Source: a virus
Lineage: Duplodnaviria > Caudoviricetes
Virus record (IMG/VR): IMGVR_UViG_3300042452_000698
Coordinates: 1-64,000 of that record
Strand: one strand, 5' to 3'
Length of the DNA: 64,000 bases
Shown here: piece after piece, positions 1 through 10,052 of the stretch
How the letters are laid out: every line of letters starts with the position of its first letter
Numbering within the stretch: the first letter of the stretch is position 1
Translations under genes and position numbers: made by a program
Notes under the pieces: generated by a model
The model's input: the letters and a program-made list of their open reading frames with translations, nothing else
Database searches by the model: none
What the model was told of the DNA's origin: nothing

Positions 1-1
1 A

Positions 2-136
2 TATGAATTTAATATACATAAAAATGATTTAAGATATAATGAAAACATGGAAAAAAATGGCTATTTCTTACATGCCACATCCTATCATGACAGACTTGGC
101 ACAATGAAAAAGTGGGCCTTTAAAAAACATAAATAA
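2..136 (+). CDS. C-terminal end of a CDS entering from the left edge (hypothetical)
   Basis: Open frame from nt 2 (YEFNIHKNDLRYNENMEKNGYFLHATSYHDRLGTMKKWAFKKHK) ending at TAA 134-136, 11 nt before the next gene. Confidence 0.6.
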   Translation, partial: YEFNIHKNDLRYNENMEKNGYFLHATSYHDRLGTMKKWAFKKHK

Positions 137-147
137 TTGGAGTAAAA

Positions 148-669
148 ATGGATTGGAATAATTATCTAGAATCTATTGACGATTCTCATCAAATGACAAC
201 TAGTAAAAATCATATTTCAATGATTTGCTCTATTGTAAAAGATTGCAGTGGGTTAATTTTAGAAATCGGAAGTCATGCTGGATTAAGCACAGCAGCTATA
301 GCACTAGCAGCAAATAATGCAAAAATAATATCTATAGATTTATCTGATACAATACCAGAGGATTATAGAATAAATTATTGGAAAAATCTAGGCATAAATA
401 ATATCTATCCAGAAACATGCTCTGGATCATATTTTTTGCTAAACACAAAAGATAAATATGACTATATTTTTCATGACTCAATACATGGATCAAGAGCAAT
501 GCAAGAATATTTGGCGTGTGCAAATGTAACTAAAAATCTATTTATTCATGATTTCGAACAGCTAAAAGATCATGAGCAAAAAGAACTAATATCATTGTTT
601 AATAAAACGGATATATCCTTTGATAACAGGGGAAGGGCTTTATTTGTGGGGTGCGAATCATGTTTATAA
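148..669 (+). CDS. Class I SAM-dependent methyltransferase (Methyltransf_24-like)
   Basis: Motif I LEIGSHAGLST, acidic end of beta2 (ISIDL), YDYIFHDSIH, IHD near the C-terminus. Confidence 0.85.
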   Translation: MDWNNYLESIDDSHQMTTSKNHISMICSIVKDCSGLILEIGSHAGLSTAAIALAANNAKIISIDLSDTIPEDYRINYWKNLGINNIYPETCSGSYFLLNTKDKYDYIFHDSIHGSRAMQEYLACANVTKNLFIHDFEQLKDHEQKELISLFNKTDISFDNRGRALFVGCESCL

Positions 670-1094
670 ATTCTTATGATGATTGGATTGCTGAATATAG
701 AAAAGATAAATATAAGATATGGATTAGGGCCACCCTATCTAATAATCTTGATTATTATCTTCCAGAATACAGCTACTGGCTAAAGCTCAAAGATTTTTGT
801 GATGAGGCAAATCTTTTCGTAAAGAAGGTTGGATTACAATACCGATCAAACTCTATAGAAGTTGATGTTTCTGATGCTGACGGTGCTTATTTAGTTCAAT
901 CAATACTTGGGGCCATTGGAGAAAAAAGTAAACAGACAATAACAATAGGTAAGGTGTACGGGGATATAATAAAGAAAACGATGTGGATAATCCCAGAGCT
1001 TGTAGAAGAACTTTCTACAGAAGATAGTATTGAAAACTCTTTTAAGGAAGCATTAATATTTAAACATGGAAAAGAAGAAACCAGCCCTATTTAA
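660..1094 (+). CDS. Hypothetical protein
   Basis: ORF track 651-1094 starts at GTG; in-frame ATG at 660 is more likely; overlaps both neighbours. Confidence 0.75.
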   Translation: MFINSYDDWIAEYRKDKYKIWIRATLSNNLDYYLPEYSYWLKLKDFCDEANLFVKKVGLQYRSNSIEVDVSDADGAYLVQSILGAIGEKSKQTITIGKVYGDIIKKTMWIIPELVEELSTEDSIENSFKEALIFKHGKEETSPI

Positions 1095-1578
1095 CAAAAC
1101 ATACCAGCAGCAATGGTCAGAAACCCATAAATATAAACATATTCATACTGGTGAATATTGCACTTTTGAGGCTTATGTTGCAGAATATATAGTTCTAAGA
1201 AGATCAGAAAAGTTGAATCTTGGAAAACCATCTTATAAATTTTGGACAAAAGGCGATCCTCTACATTGGCTATGGAAAAAGCAATACGGGGCAGCTTTGC
1301 AATTAAAAAAGAAATATGGCGAAGAAGCAATATTGCAAGCTATAAAATCTAAAGATTTTGATAAACTCTTAGTTTTAGGAATTCAAAATGGTAGAGGCTA
1401 CAAGATAAACCCAGAAGCAGAAAAAGTAATACAGAAATATTATAACAAGATAAAAGAAGAAGAATCTAAAATAGAAATTAATTTAGAAGCACAAGAAAAA
1501 AATAAAGAGCTTGAAACAAGACCATCAGTGAGCTATAATAAAGGTAAGGCCAGCATCAATCAATTGAGGAATTTATGA
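1066..1578 (+). CDS. Hypothetical protein
   Basis: 170-aa ORF, ATGA overlap with recA. Confidence 0.75.
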   Translation: MEKKKPALFNKTYQQQWSETHKYKHIHTGEYCTFEAYVAEYIVLRRSEKLNLGKPSYKFWTKGDPLHWLWKKQYGAALQLKKKYGEEAILQAIKSKDFDKLLVLGIQNGRGYKINPEAEKVIQKYYNKIKEEESKIEINLEAQEKNKELETRPSVSYNKGKASINQLRNL

Positions 1579-2681
1579 CAAAAGTAAAGAAATCAAATAC
1601 AAAATTTTCAGAAGACAGTGTAAGTAGCTCTATAGTAAGTAAATATGGGGATGTTGTAAGAAGCGGAACAGAAGTATTAGAAAGCATAAATAGCTTAAAC
1701 GTCATTGGCGTTTCTCCAGCACTCGACATAGCTCTTGGCGGTGGAATTAGAGAAGGTTCTGTCGTTGTCATGACAGGAGATCCAAAAAGTGGAAAAACAA
1801 CAACAGCACTACACTTTGCCGCAAAATGCCAGAAGGCTAACAAAAGAGTCATATATGTAAATACAGAAGGAAGACTTTCAAAACAAAACTTTGATGGAAT
1901 AAAAGGCTTACAGCCAGATAATATACTAATTATAGAATCTACAGATGAAAGAGTTTTAACAGCAGAAGACTTTTTAAATATTGTTGAGTATTATATTAAC
2001 AATGATCCGGGATGCTTGATTATAGCAGACTCTCTTTCAAACATGGTTCCGGCCTGTGAGCTTGAGGGCGAGGTTAGAACTGGCGTGAGAAATGCATTAC
2101 CAAGATTGTTATCTATGTTTTTCAAGCGTATCAGCGGCACCCTAATGAAGAACAAAACTATTCTTATTTGTATAACGCATAACATTGCTAACACTGGCGG
2201 TTCGCCATATGCACCACAAAAGATGGCTGATTGTGGAAACATGTTGCAATATCAAGCCGGAACAAACATGGTTATTACACACAGAGGAAAATGGCAAGTT
2301 CCAAAAGATACTGGACCTCACGTTGGACAAATAGCTAATTGGGTAATTAAAACATCTAATGCTGGCGGAAGACCAAATAGTACAGCAGAAAGCTGGATAA
2401 AGTATGGCATTGGCATAGACGAAACACAAGAAATAGTTCAAATTGCTTGTGAGTTCCGTTTAATAAAAGCCGCTGGCGCTTGGTACACGATTCAGTGCGC
2501 TGTTGATGAACCAGATAATCCTGTAGTTGCCGAATTACTAGGATCGAATAACGTTGACAAAACGCCAGAAGCAATAGAAAAATTCTTTAAGTTCCAAGGA
2601 ATAAATAATGTTTCAGAGTTTTTAAATGAGAATGCTAAAATTGCTGGCTTTGTATATTCTAAAATAAAGGAATTATATTGA
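1575..2681 (+). CDS. recA: RecA/UvsX-like recombinase
   Basis: SPALDIALGGG, Walker A GDPKSGKTT, YVNTEG, Walker B LIIADSL, C-terminal AAGAWY motif. Confidence 0.92.
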   Translation: MTKVKKSNTKFSEDSVSSSIVSKYGDVVRSGTEVLESINSLNVIGVSPALDIALGGGIREGSVVVMTGDPKSGKTTTALHFAAKCQKANKRVIYVNTEGRLSKQNFDGIKGLQPDNILIIESTDERVLTAEDFLNIVEYYINNDPGCLIIADSLSNMVPACELEGEVRTGVRNALPRLLSMFFKRISGTLMKNKTILICITHNIANTGGSPYAPQKMADCGNMLQYQAGTNMVITHRGKWQVPKDTGPHVGQIANWVIKTSNAGGRPNSTAESWIKYGIGIDETQEIVQIACEFRLIKAAGAWYTIQCAVDEPDNPVVAELLGSNNVDKTPEAIEKFFKFQGINNVSEFLNENAKIAGFVYSKIKELY

Positions 2682-3103
2682 AAGTAATTGGAATAAACGG
2701 TAAAGAGTATGTGTGGAATTTAAGTGCATATGACGTATTTAATGATGATAAGAGAAAAAGATCAAAATTTCATATGCGGGCTAGAAATCTTCTGAAAGAA
2801 ATTTTTAATAGCTATCGTATTCTTGAAGAAGTAAAACTACCGGGAAGCACAGAGCTTCACAGAAAGTCCGTTTTGTATCTTGACTTTTACATACCTTCTA
2901 TTAAACTAGCGATTGAAGTTCACGGGCAACAGCACTATGAATTTTGTCCATTTTTTCACAAAAGCAAAGCCGATTTTTTAAAAGGAAAAGCAAGAGACGA
3001 GGATAAAATAACTTGGTGCGAATTAAATGATATTAAACTTATAACTCTTAAATATTCAGAAAGCGAAAATGAGTGGAGAGAAAGAATTAAAAGCCAGCGA
3101 TAA
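2678..3103 (+). CDS. Vsr/DUF559-like PD-(D/E)XK endonuclease
   Basis: YLDFYIPSIKLAIEVHGQQHY and RDEDKITWC pattern; TTG start overlapping the recA stop. Confidence 0.75.
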   Translation: MKVIGINGKEYVWNLSAYDVFNDDKRKRSKFHMRARNLLKEIFNSYRILEEVKLPGSTELHRKSVLYLDFYIPSIKLAIEVHGQQHYEFCPFFHKSKADFLKGKARDEDKITWCELNDIKLITLKYSESENEWRERIKSQR

Positions 3104-3545
3104 ATTGTCGAAACATATTGATGCGATCAATTCTTACGTAGATGTTGGAAATTTAAAGTTTTCCTCATTTAAGGAAGAGTATCTTCTAGTTTCTAATTAT
3201 TCACAAGAACAGCTAAATAAGCTAACCCAAGAAGAACTATTTAGTTCAGCATATCTTTTATACAGCTATGCTAGTTATATACAGGATGAAATAAATAAAA
3301 ATAAGATAGCACTTAGCTGGTGCAACGACGAAATGGAAAAAATGATAGTAACTAATGCTGGAGAGTTTGGACAATATACCAAACATGAATCTAAGAAGTA
3401 TATATTATCTCAAGCAAATTCATATGCACACTCTATAGAAAATATGAGAGAGGTAGCAGAAGCTAGACTTCAAGCTCTTGATGGCAAGGTTTTTGAAATC
3501 AAAAGAAAAGCAGATATACTATTAGAAAAGGGGAAGAGATCATGA
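3069..3545 (+). CDS. Helical protein, possible UvsY-like recombination mediator
   Basis: All-helical/coiled-coil 158 aa, two genes downstream of recA; the UvsY call rests on size and context only. Confidence 0.4.
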   Translation: MSGEKELKASDKLSKHIDAINSYVDVGNLKFSSFKEEYLLVSNYSQEQLNKLTQEELFSSAYLLYSYASYIQDEINKNKIALSWCNDEMEKMIVTNAGEFGQYTKHESKKYILSQANSYAHSIENMREVAEARLQALDGKVFEIKRKADILLEKGKRS

Positions 3546-3931
3546 GTATGGAAGATTTTATAAATACGCTATCAGAATCACAGAAAAGGGCATTACTAGA
3601 TGCTCTTACTAAAAACAGTGAAACAACACTTAAAGACATACCACAACAGGTTAAAACAGAATCAATCAAAAAGATTAATGAAGATTTTACTATCAACAAA
3701 GAAAAGTCAAATAATAAAAGGAGAGAACCGGTGAGAGGTAGAGAAAATAGATGGGTAGACGAAGGTGAGTTTAGGGACGTAGAAACACCTAAAACAGAAA
3801 GAGTCGCTAGAAATAGACCCCAACACAAAAAGGTTGAAGTAGAGTGCAGCGTCTGCGGAAAGCCCTTTAGGGTAGATCCAAAGTATGTTTATGGTGAATA
3901 TCACAGGTGCAACAGGTGCGTAGGTAGGTAA
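3542..3931 (+). CDS. Protein with C-terminal CxxC-x17-CxxC zinc finger
   Basis: CSVC-GKPFRVDPKYVYGEYHR-CNRC, exactly 17 residues between the Cys pairs. Confidence 0.7.
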   Translation: MSMEDFINTLSESQKRALLDALTKNSETTLKDIPQQVKTESIKKINEDFTINKEKSNNKRREPVRGRENRWVDEGEFRDVETPKTERVARNRPQHKKVEVECSVCGKPFRVDPKYVYGEYHRCNRCVGR

Positions 3932-3935
3932 TAAA

Positions 3936-5405
3936 ATGGAAACTAAATTGTTGGATATAGGTGCAGAAAGAGCAGTTCTTGCTGGATTATTACAGCACGG
4001 GGTAGATGGATATGTTATAATATCTAATATTATCACAGATCAAAGTTTTGGATACTACAATAATCAAATATTATTTAAGTGTTTGGAAAGAATCGTAAAT
4101 AATAATCAATCTGTAGATATACCATCAATATTATCAGCCGCAAAAGATCTAAACTACTATGAGATCATAAATACTCAGCAAGAACTAAAGTATATTAAAT
4201 CTCTTATGGACTTCCCCGTTAATAGAGATAATATTTTAAGCTTTGCTATTCAGATTAAGAAATTTGAATTTGCAAGAAAGATTAAAAACCTTACAAATAA
4301 AATAGGCAAGGATATAGAAGAAGTCACTGGCTCAGAATCTATAAATGAAATTATACAAATTATAGAAGATCCTGTCACAGAATTTCTAAGAGAAGATGAT
4401 AGTGGCGATGTTCCTAAAAAAATAGGAGAAAACATAAAGGAATATGTAGACTTCCTAAAAGATAATAAGTGCGATATAATTGGAATACCAACAGGATTTT
4501 CTAGATATGACGAAGCAATAGGTGGTGGCTTAAGAAGAAAGTGTGTTGATTTAATTGCTGCCAGACCTAAAGTTGGTAAAAGCGTATTTGCAGACAATGT
4601 GGCATTAAACGTTGCAAGTAAAAATATTCCCGTCCTAATGCTAGATACAGAAATGTCAAAAGAAGACCATATCAATAGATTGCTTGCAAACATGAGCGGA
4701 GTTCCAATTAATGAAATAGCAACTGGAAAATTTGCAGAAGATGAAGATAAGTATAATAAAGTAACAGAGTGCATGAATAAGCTATCTAGTATTCCATATA
4801 GTTATGTAAGCGTTGCTGGAAAACCATTTGAACAAATATTAAACCTTATCAAGCGATGGATATTGCAAGAAGTAAAAACAGATGAGTTTGGAAAAACAAA
4901 TAACTGTTTAATAATCTATGACTATTTAAAGCTAATGTCATCAAACTCTATAACTAATAATATACAAGAATACCAAGCACTTGGTTTTCAAATAACTTCG
5001 CTACACAATCTTTGTGTTAAGCTTGATATCCCGTGTTTATCGTTTGTACAGTTAAATAGAGATGGCATAACAAAAGAAAGCACAGATGCGGTAAGTGGCT
5101 CTGATAGATTAATATGGTTATGTACATCATTTTCCATATTTAAAATCAAATCTACGGAAGAGCTTGCAGAAGATGGCCCAAATGCTGGAAACAGAAAGCT
5201 TGTTCCCATTGTTTCAAGACACGGTGGCGGAATAGACGATGGAGATTATATAAATATGGTTATGCACGGAAGCCATTCTAGACTAAGAGAATTAAAAACA
5301 AGAAACGAATTTAAAAATCAACCAGTTGGAGATACAGGGTTAATATCTTCAGAAGCTCTTGAGGATTTAAGTGATGGATTTGAAGTCGATCAAGAAAACG
5401 CTTAA
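3936..5405 (+). CDS. dnaB: Replicative DNA helicase, DnaB family
   Basis: N-terminal ERAVLAGLL, GIPTGFSRYD, Walker A AARPKVGKS, DTEM, IIYDYLKL, VQLNRD, GSDRL. Confidence 0.95.
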   Translation: METKLLDIGAERAVLAGLLQHGVDGYVIISNIITDQSFGYYNNQILFKCLERIVNNNQSVDIPSILSAAKDLNYYEIINTQQELKYIKSLMDFPVNRDNILSFAIQIKKFEFARKIKNLTNKIGKDIEEVTGSESINEIIQIIEDPVTEFLREDDSGDVPKKIGENIKEYVDFLKDNKCDIIGIPTGFSRYDEAIGGGLRRKCVDLIAARPKVGKSVFADNVALNVASKNIPVLMLDTEMSKEDHINRLLANMSGVPINEIATGKFAEDEDKYNKVTECMNKLSSIPYSYVSVAGKPFEQILNLIKRWILQEVKTDEFGKTNNCLIIYDYLKLMSSNSITNNIQEYQALGFQITSLHNLCVKLDIPCLSFVQLNRDGITKESTDAVSGSDRLIWLCTSFSIFKIKSTEELAEDGPNAGNRKLVPIVSRHGGGIDDGDYINMVMHGSHSRLRELKTRNEFKNQPVGDTGLISSEALEDLSDGFEVDQENA

Positions 5406-6402
5406 TAATAACATAGAGCCTGTTTTCAAAAAGCTAGATATTCAATACGAAATATTTGATGATAATATCTATTCTACATGCCCAGTGCATGAAAATAGTG
5501 ATAATCCTAGAGCATTTTCATTTTCTATAAGCAAAGGAATATGGAAGTGTTGGACCAGAAATTGTCAAGAGCATTATGGAAATGATATTTTTGGATTAAT
5601 AAAAGGGTGTTTGGATAAAAAGAATGGTGGTAAAGCAGAGTTTATAGACGCTGTAAACTGGTCCAAGAATTTATTAAACATTAAATCGCACACTAAAAAA
5701 CATACTAAAAGTAATATAGAAGAAAATGCTATAAATGAAGACCTATACTATGTTGTTGATATATTAAATAAGAATATAATAGAAACAGAAAAGTCTCCAG
5801 TAGACATAGAGAGTTACAATATACCGTCAAAATACTTTCTTGGTCGTGGTTTTCAAAAAGATACGTTAATATATTTTGGTGTTGGCGATTGTGATAATAA
5901 ATCATCAAAATTGTACGACAGATCAATTATACCGGTTTTTGATGATCATGGACAAAAAATTATAGCAACAATTGCAAGATCTATCAAGGAATATAAACTA
6001 CCAAAATTTCTTATTAATCCAAAGGGTGTAAAAAAAACAGATCTTCTCTATAATATAGATAAAGCGATAGAGTCGATACATCAAACCAAAACTGTATTCT
6101 TGCTTGAGGGCCAAGGCGATGTTTGGCGTTTGTATGAAGCTGGCATAAAAAATGCCATTAGTATATTTGGAAAGTCATTAAGCGACGGGCAAATTAAAAA
6201 GCTTCAAAAACTACCAATAACAACTATAGTAGTATTGACAGACAATGATCAAGCTGGAAAAGAAGCTAAAGTTCAAATCAAGCGACAATTAGGAAGAATG
6301 TATAATCTAATATTTCCAAAGATATCTAAAAAAGATATTGGCGAAATGACAGTAAAAGAAATCAATGAACAAATAGTTCCACAAGTAAAAGGATATTATT
6401 GA
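5374..6402 (+). CDS. dnaG: DNA primase (CHC2 zinc finger + TOPRIM)
   Basis: CPVHE...WKCWTRNC zinc-binding domain, LLEGQGDV, TDNDQAG; ATG at 5374 preceded by GAGGA. Confidence 0.92.
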   Translation: MDLKSIKKTLNNNIEPVFKKLDIQYEIFDDNIYSTCPVHENSDNPRAFSFSISKGIWKCWTRNCQEHYGNDIFGLIKGCLDKKNGGKAEFIDAVNWSKNLLNIKSHTKKHTKSNIEENAINEDLYYVVDILNKNIIETEKSPVDIESYNIPSKYFLGRGFQKDTLIYFGVGDCDNKSSKLYDRSIIPVFDDHGQKIIATIARSIKEYKLPKFLINPKGVKKTDLLYNIDKAIESIHQTKTVFLLEGQGDVWRLYEAGIKNAISIFGKSLSDGQIKKLQKLPITTIVVLTDNDQAGKEAKVQIKRQLGRMYNLIFPKISKKDIGEMTVKEINEQIVPQVKGYY

Positions 6403-7139
6403 TGAAAATAATAGGTATTTCTGGAAGAAAACAAGCTGGTAAAAACACAACCGCTAACTATATAAATGGAGAAGTGCTAAAAGAAAAAGAAATGATCAAG
6501 GATTTCTTTATTAATAGCGACGGCGAACTTATTGTTGAAACAACTGATGAATCTGGAAATGCCGGATATGGATGCTTTGACATAACAAGAAAAGACGAAA
6601 CCTTTATCTCATACGCACAGAAAGAACTTTGGCCATATATTAAAGTATATCACTTTGCAGATCCTCTCAAAAAAATGAGCATAGATCTATTTGGATTAGA
6701 TCCACAAACTGTATACGGAAGCAATGACGATAAGAATACGTTAACAGATATTTTGTGGGAAAATATGCCACACCAAACACAAAAAGTAGGACAAATGACA
6801 GCTAGAGAGTTTTTGGAGCAATTTGGAACTAATGTTCTGCGTAAGATAAAGAATGATGTTTGGGTTAATTTTACAATCAATAATATTTTAAATGAAAAGT
6901 CTCAAATAGCTATAATACCAGATGTAAGATTCCCGAACGAGGTTCTTGCTATTAAAAAGGCTGGTGGAATAAATATTAGATTAACAAGAGATACCTTTCA
7001 AAGTAAATCAGATTCAGAGTCCGCATTAGATAAGGAAAGATTTGATTGGAATAATTTTGACTTTGTAATAGATAATAATAATCTTTCGCTGGAAGATCTT
7101 TGTGATTATCTATCAAAAAACTCATCGATATGGAGATAA
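6402..7139 (+). CDS. Deoxynucleoside monophosphate kinase (T4 gp1-like)
   Basis: IIGISGRKQAGKNT P-loop, HFADPLK, TAREFLEQFGT, IPDVRFPNE; TGATG overlap with primase. Confidence 0.9.
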   Translation: MKIIGISGRKQAGKNTTANYINGEVLKEKEMIKDFFINSDGELIVETTDESGNAGYGCFDITRKDETFISYAQKELWPYIKVYHFADPLKKMSIDLFGLDPQTVYGSNDDKNTLTDILWENMPHQTQKVGQMTAREFLEQFGTNVLRKIKNDVWVNFTINNILNEKSQIAIIPDVRFPNEVLAIKKAGGINIRLTRDTFQSKSDSESALDKERFDWNNFDFVIDNNNLSLEDLCDYLSKNSSIWR

Positions 7140-7142
7140 TAC

Positions 7143-8165
7143 ATGATAGTTACATATATAAGATCTTCTAGTTATAATAATTATGCATACTGTCAAATGC
7201 AATATTTCATAACATATGTTCTTGGCCATCAGTCAACCAGTGGAAAAAAAGCTGACCTCGGAACAATAACGCATAAAGTAATGGAGCTATTAGCTAAGAT
7301 CAAAAAATTTACTCAAGATAATCCATCGAAAAGAGTAATAACTATAGAAGATGACGCTGTTGGAAAAGTAACACTAAAAAAATCAGAGATGTTTTCAAAC
7401 TCTCTTATTGAAGAATTAATGAGATTGAGTTTTGATTTCTACTCTAATAGATCGGTGCATTCGTTCGCAAAAGCAGACCATAACCTTTGCTTACAGCTTG
7501 TATGGGACACACTAAATTATAATGATGGACAATTCGATCCAAGAAATAGAAATATAATAGAAGCAGAACCTCATTTTGACATACCAATAGAAGAAGATTG
7601 GGCAAAATATAGCTACACTCTACCGGACGGTAAAAAAATAGATGGTCAATTAGCTATAAAAGGAACTATAGATTTAGTTACCGAATCCGCACCCGGAGTT
7701 ATAGAAGTGATAGATTGGAAAACCGGAAGACGTTTAGATTGGGCCACGGGCGAAGAAAAGACATATGAAAAACTATGCAGCGATCCTCAATTATTACTAT
7801 ATAATTATGCTGTTTCCAAACTATTCCCACAATACAAGCAGTCCATAATGAGCATATTTTTTATCAAAGATGGAGGCCCATTTTCTATGTGTTTTGATAA
7901 AAAGGATGAGGAAAAATTCCTAAAAATGCTAAAAAATAGGTTTGAGGAAATAAAAAATAATAATATTCCAAAGCCCATTTCTCAGTCCAGAGATAACTGG
8001 AAATGCACTAAATTGTGCCATTACTACAAGAACAACTGGCCGGGAACCAAGGAAAATATGTGTATATATGTAGAGAATAGCATAAAAACAAATGGAATAG
8101 ATAAAACAGTTGCACAGTGCAGTAAAGATGACTTTAAAATTGATTTCTATTCTTCTCCGGGATAA
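7143..8165 (+). CDS. PD-(D/E)XK exonuclease, Cas4/AddB-like
   Basis: GTITHKVME, KGTIDLV, IDWKTG, QLLLY; one N-terminal Cys (YCQ) plus three C-terminal Cys (KCTKLC...MC). Confidence 0.85.
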   Translation: MIVTYIRSSSYNNYAYCQMQYFITYVLGHQSTSGKKADLGTITHKVMELLAKIKKFTQDNPSKRVITIEDDAVGKVTLKKSEMFSNSLIEELMRLSFDFYSNRSVHSFAKADHNLCLQLVWDTLNYNDGQFDPRNRNIIEAEPHFDIPIEEDWAKYSYTLPDGKKIDGQLAIKGTIDLVTESAPGVIEVIDWKTGRRLDWATGEEKTYEKLCSDPQLLLYNYAVSKLFPQYKQSIMSIFFIKDGGPFSMCFDKKDEEKFLKMLKNRFEEIKNNNIPKPISQSRDNWKCTKLCHYYKNNWPGTKENMCIYVENSIKTNGIDKTVAQCSKDDFKIDFYSSPG

Positions 8166-8168
8166 TAT

Positions 8169-9020
8169 ATGAGTAAACTATTAAGTATTGGAATGGCGAC
8201 CTTTGATGATTATGATGGGGTGTATTTTACCATACAATCTCTGATCTTATATCATAAGATACTACAAGATATAGATTACGAAATAATTGTTGTTGATAAT
8301 AATCCAAACCAGCCCCACGGTAATGCTATTAAGTCTTTGGCTGGATGGCTTGGGGATAAAGTAAAATATATTCCATATAAGAATAAAACAAGTACAGCAG
8401 TAAGAAACGAAATATTTACTAACTCATCTGCAAAATATACTATATCCATAGATTGCCACGTTTTAATTAAAGAGGGTGGTATAGAAGCACTATTAGATTA
8501 TTATTTAAATAGCCCAAATTGTAAAGATATAATTCAAGGGCCAATGCTATACGATGATCATAAAAACTACGCTACACAATTTGATCCAGTGTGGCGTGGA
8601 GATATGTATGGCATCTGGGGTACTAATAAGATAGCTTGTGAACAAGGGGTTCCATTTGAAATACCCATGATGGGACTTGGGCTATTTTCTTGTGAAACAA
8701 AAAACTGGCTTGGTTTTAATGAAAAATTTAAAGGATTTGGTGGAGAAGAAGGATATATTCATGAGAAATTTAGAAGAAATGGCGGAAAAGCTATTTGTTT
8801 ACCACAACTAAAATGGATGCACAGGTTCGAAAGACCTAATGGTGTCAAATATCCACTAATACTAGAAGATAGAATATGGAATTATTTTGTTGGATGGTTA
8901 GAAATAACAAAAGACCCAAACCATCAAATGATACAAGATATATACAACAATTTCAAGCAAAGAATACCACAATACAGCATAGATAATATTTTAGAAAATG
9001 CTAAAAAAACACTAACTTAA
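8169..9020 (+). CDS. Glycosyltransferase family 2 (GT-A)
   Basis: LLSIGMAT, EIIVVDNN, RNEIF, ISIDCH, GFGGEE. Confidence 0.85.
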   Translation: MSKLLSIGMATFDDYDGVYFTIQSLILYHKILQDIDYEIIVVDNNPNQPHGNAIKSLAGWLGDKVKYIPYKNKTSTAVRNEIFTNSSAKYTISIDCHVLIKEGGIEALLDYYLNSPNCKDIIQGPMLYDDHKNYATQFDPVWRGDMYGIWGTNKIACEQGVPFEIPMMGLGLFSCETKNWLGFNEKFKGFGGEEGYIHEKFRRNGGKAICLPQLKWMHRFERPNGVKYPLILEDRIWNYFVGWLEITKDPNHQMIQDIYNNFKQRIPQYSIDNILENAKKTLT

Positions 9021-9029
9021 GGAGAAATC

Positions 9030-10049
9030 ATGCCAATTCCATCAAGAAGAAAAGACGAAGAAAAAGATTCATTTGTGTCACGCTGCATGGGTAATGAAAC
9101 AATGAAGAAGGATTACCCAGACTCAAAACAAAGAGTTGCCATTTGCATCCAGCAAGCAACTGCTAATTGCAACTTTGTTGAGGCAGCAGATTTTGAAATG
9201 CAGATGGAAGTTGGTTACACAGAAGAACTAACAGAAGACAATTTCTACGTTCCAGCACAAGCAGAGTACGAAGACTTTGGCGAAGAAACAGAAGAATGGG
9301 ATATAGCTGGAGAAAAACCCGGATTATGGGATAATATAAGAAAGAAGAAAGAGCGAGAAGGTAAGAACTACAAGCCAGCAAAGCCGGGAGATCCAGATAG
9401 ACCATCAAAAGATGCTTGGAAAAAAGCTCAATCAGATGGTGGAGACGAAATGGCTTTAGAACAAATACAAAAAATGCACGACCAATTAATGGAAATAGTG
9501 ACAAAGCTACAAGTTATGTCATTACCCGTAGAGTTCCAAGATTGGACAAAAGATATGATATCCAAGGCAGAGATATATATACAAAATGTATATGACTTTG
9601 TTAAGTATTACGAACCCGGAAAGTATGAAGATGAATATGTAGAGGATGAAACAGAAGAACCATCAGAATTAGAAACTGAAGACGATCCACAAACAACAGA
9701 ATCAAAGTATACGTATAAAGATCCTCAGAGTGGAGAGTTCTATTATTATGATAGAAGAGGTCCATATGAAAAAGATGGTAAAAAGTTAATATATGTATCA
9801 AGATCAAGTGAGTATCAAGGAAGAAAAGTAACACTAAATAAACCATTTAGAACACCAAGCGGCCCAAAGAAGTTCGCTGTATATGTTAAAAATGAAAGCG
9901 GAAACGTTGTCATCGTAAGATTTGGAGATCCAAATATGACAATTAAAAAGAATATTCCAGAAAGAAGGAAAAGCTTTAGAGCCAGACATAATTGTGATAA
10001 TCCCGGACCAAAATGGAAGGCAAGATATTGGGCCTGTAAAAGCTGGTAA
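9030..10049 (+). CDS. Modular hypothetical protein (possible internal head protein)
   Basis: Strong RBS AAGGAG; short modules MPIP..FVSRCM..QRVAIC, PGLWDNIR, KFAVYVK..FGDPNM..RRKSFRARHNC..ARYWAC separated by acidic linkers. Confidence 0.75.
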   Translation: MPIPSRRKDEEKDSFVSRCMGNETMKKDYPDSKQRVAICIQQATANCNFVEAADFEMQMEVGYTEELTEDNFYVPAQAEYEDFGEETEEWDIAGEKPGLWDNIRKKKEREGKNYKPAKPGDPDRPSKDAWKKAQSDGGDEMALEQIQKMHDQLMEIVTKLQVMSLPVEFQDWTKDMISKAEIYIQNVYDFVKYYEPGKYEDEYVEDETEEPSELETEDDPQTTESKYTYKDPQSGEFYYYDRRGPYEKDGKKLIYVSRSSEYQGRKVTLNKPFRTPSGPKKFAVYVKNESGNVVIVRFGDPNMTIKKNIPERRKSFRARHNCDNPGPKWKARYWACKSW

Positions 10050-10052
10050 TAT

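Noticed and set aside
7143-8165. CRISPR-Cas system suggested by the Cas4-like gene
   Set aside because: No repeat-spacer array, cas1/cas2 or effector genes in the window; solo Cas4-like nucleases are common in phages
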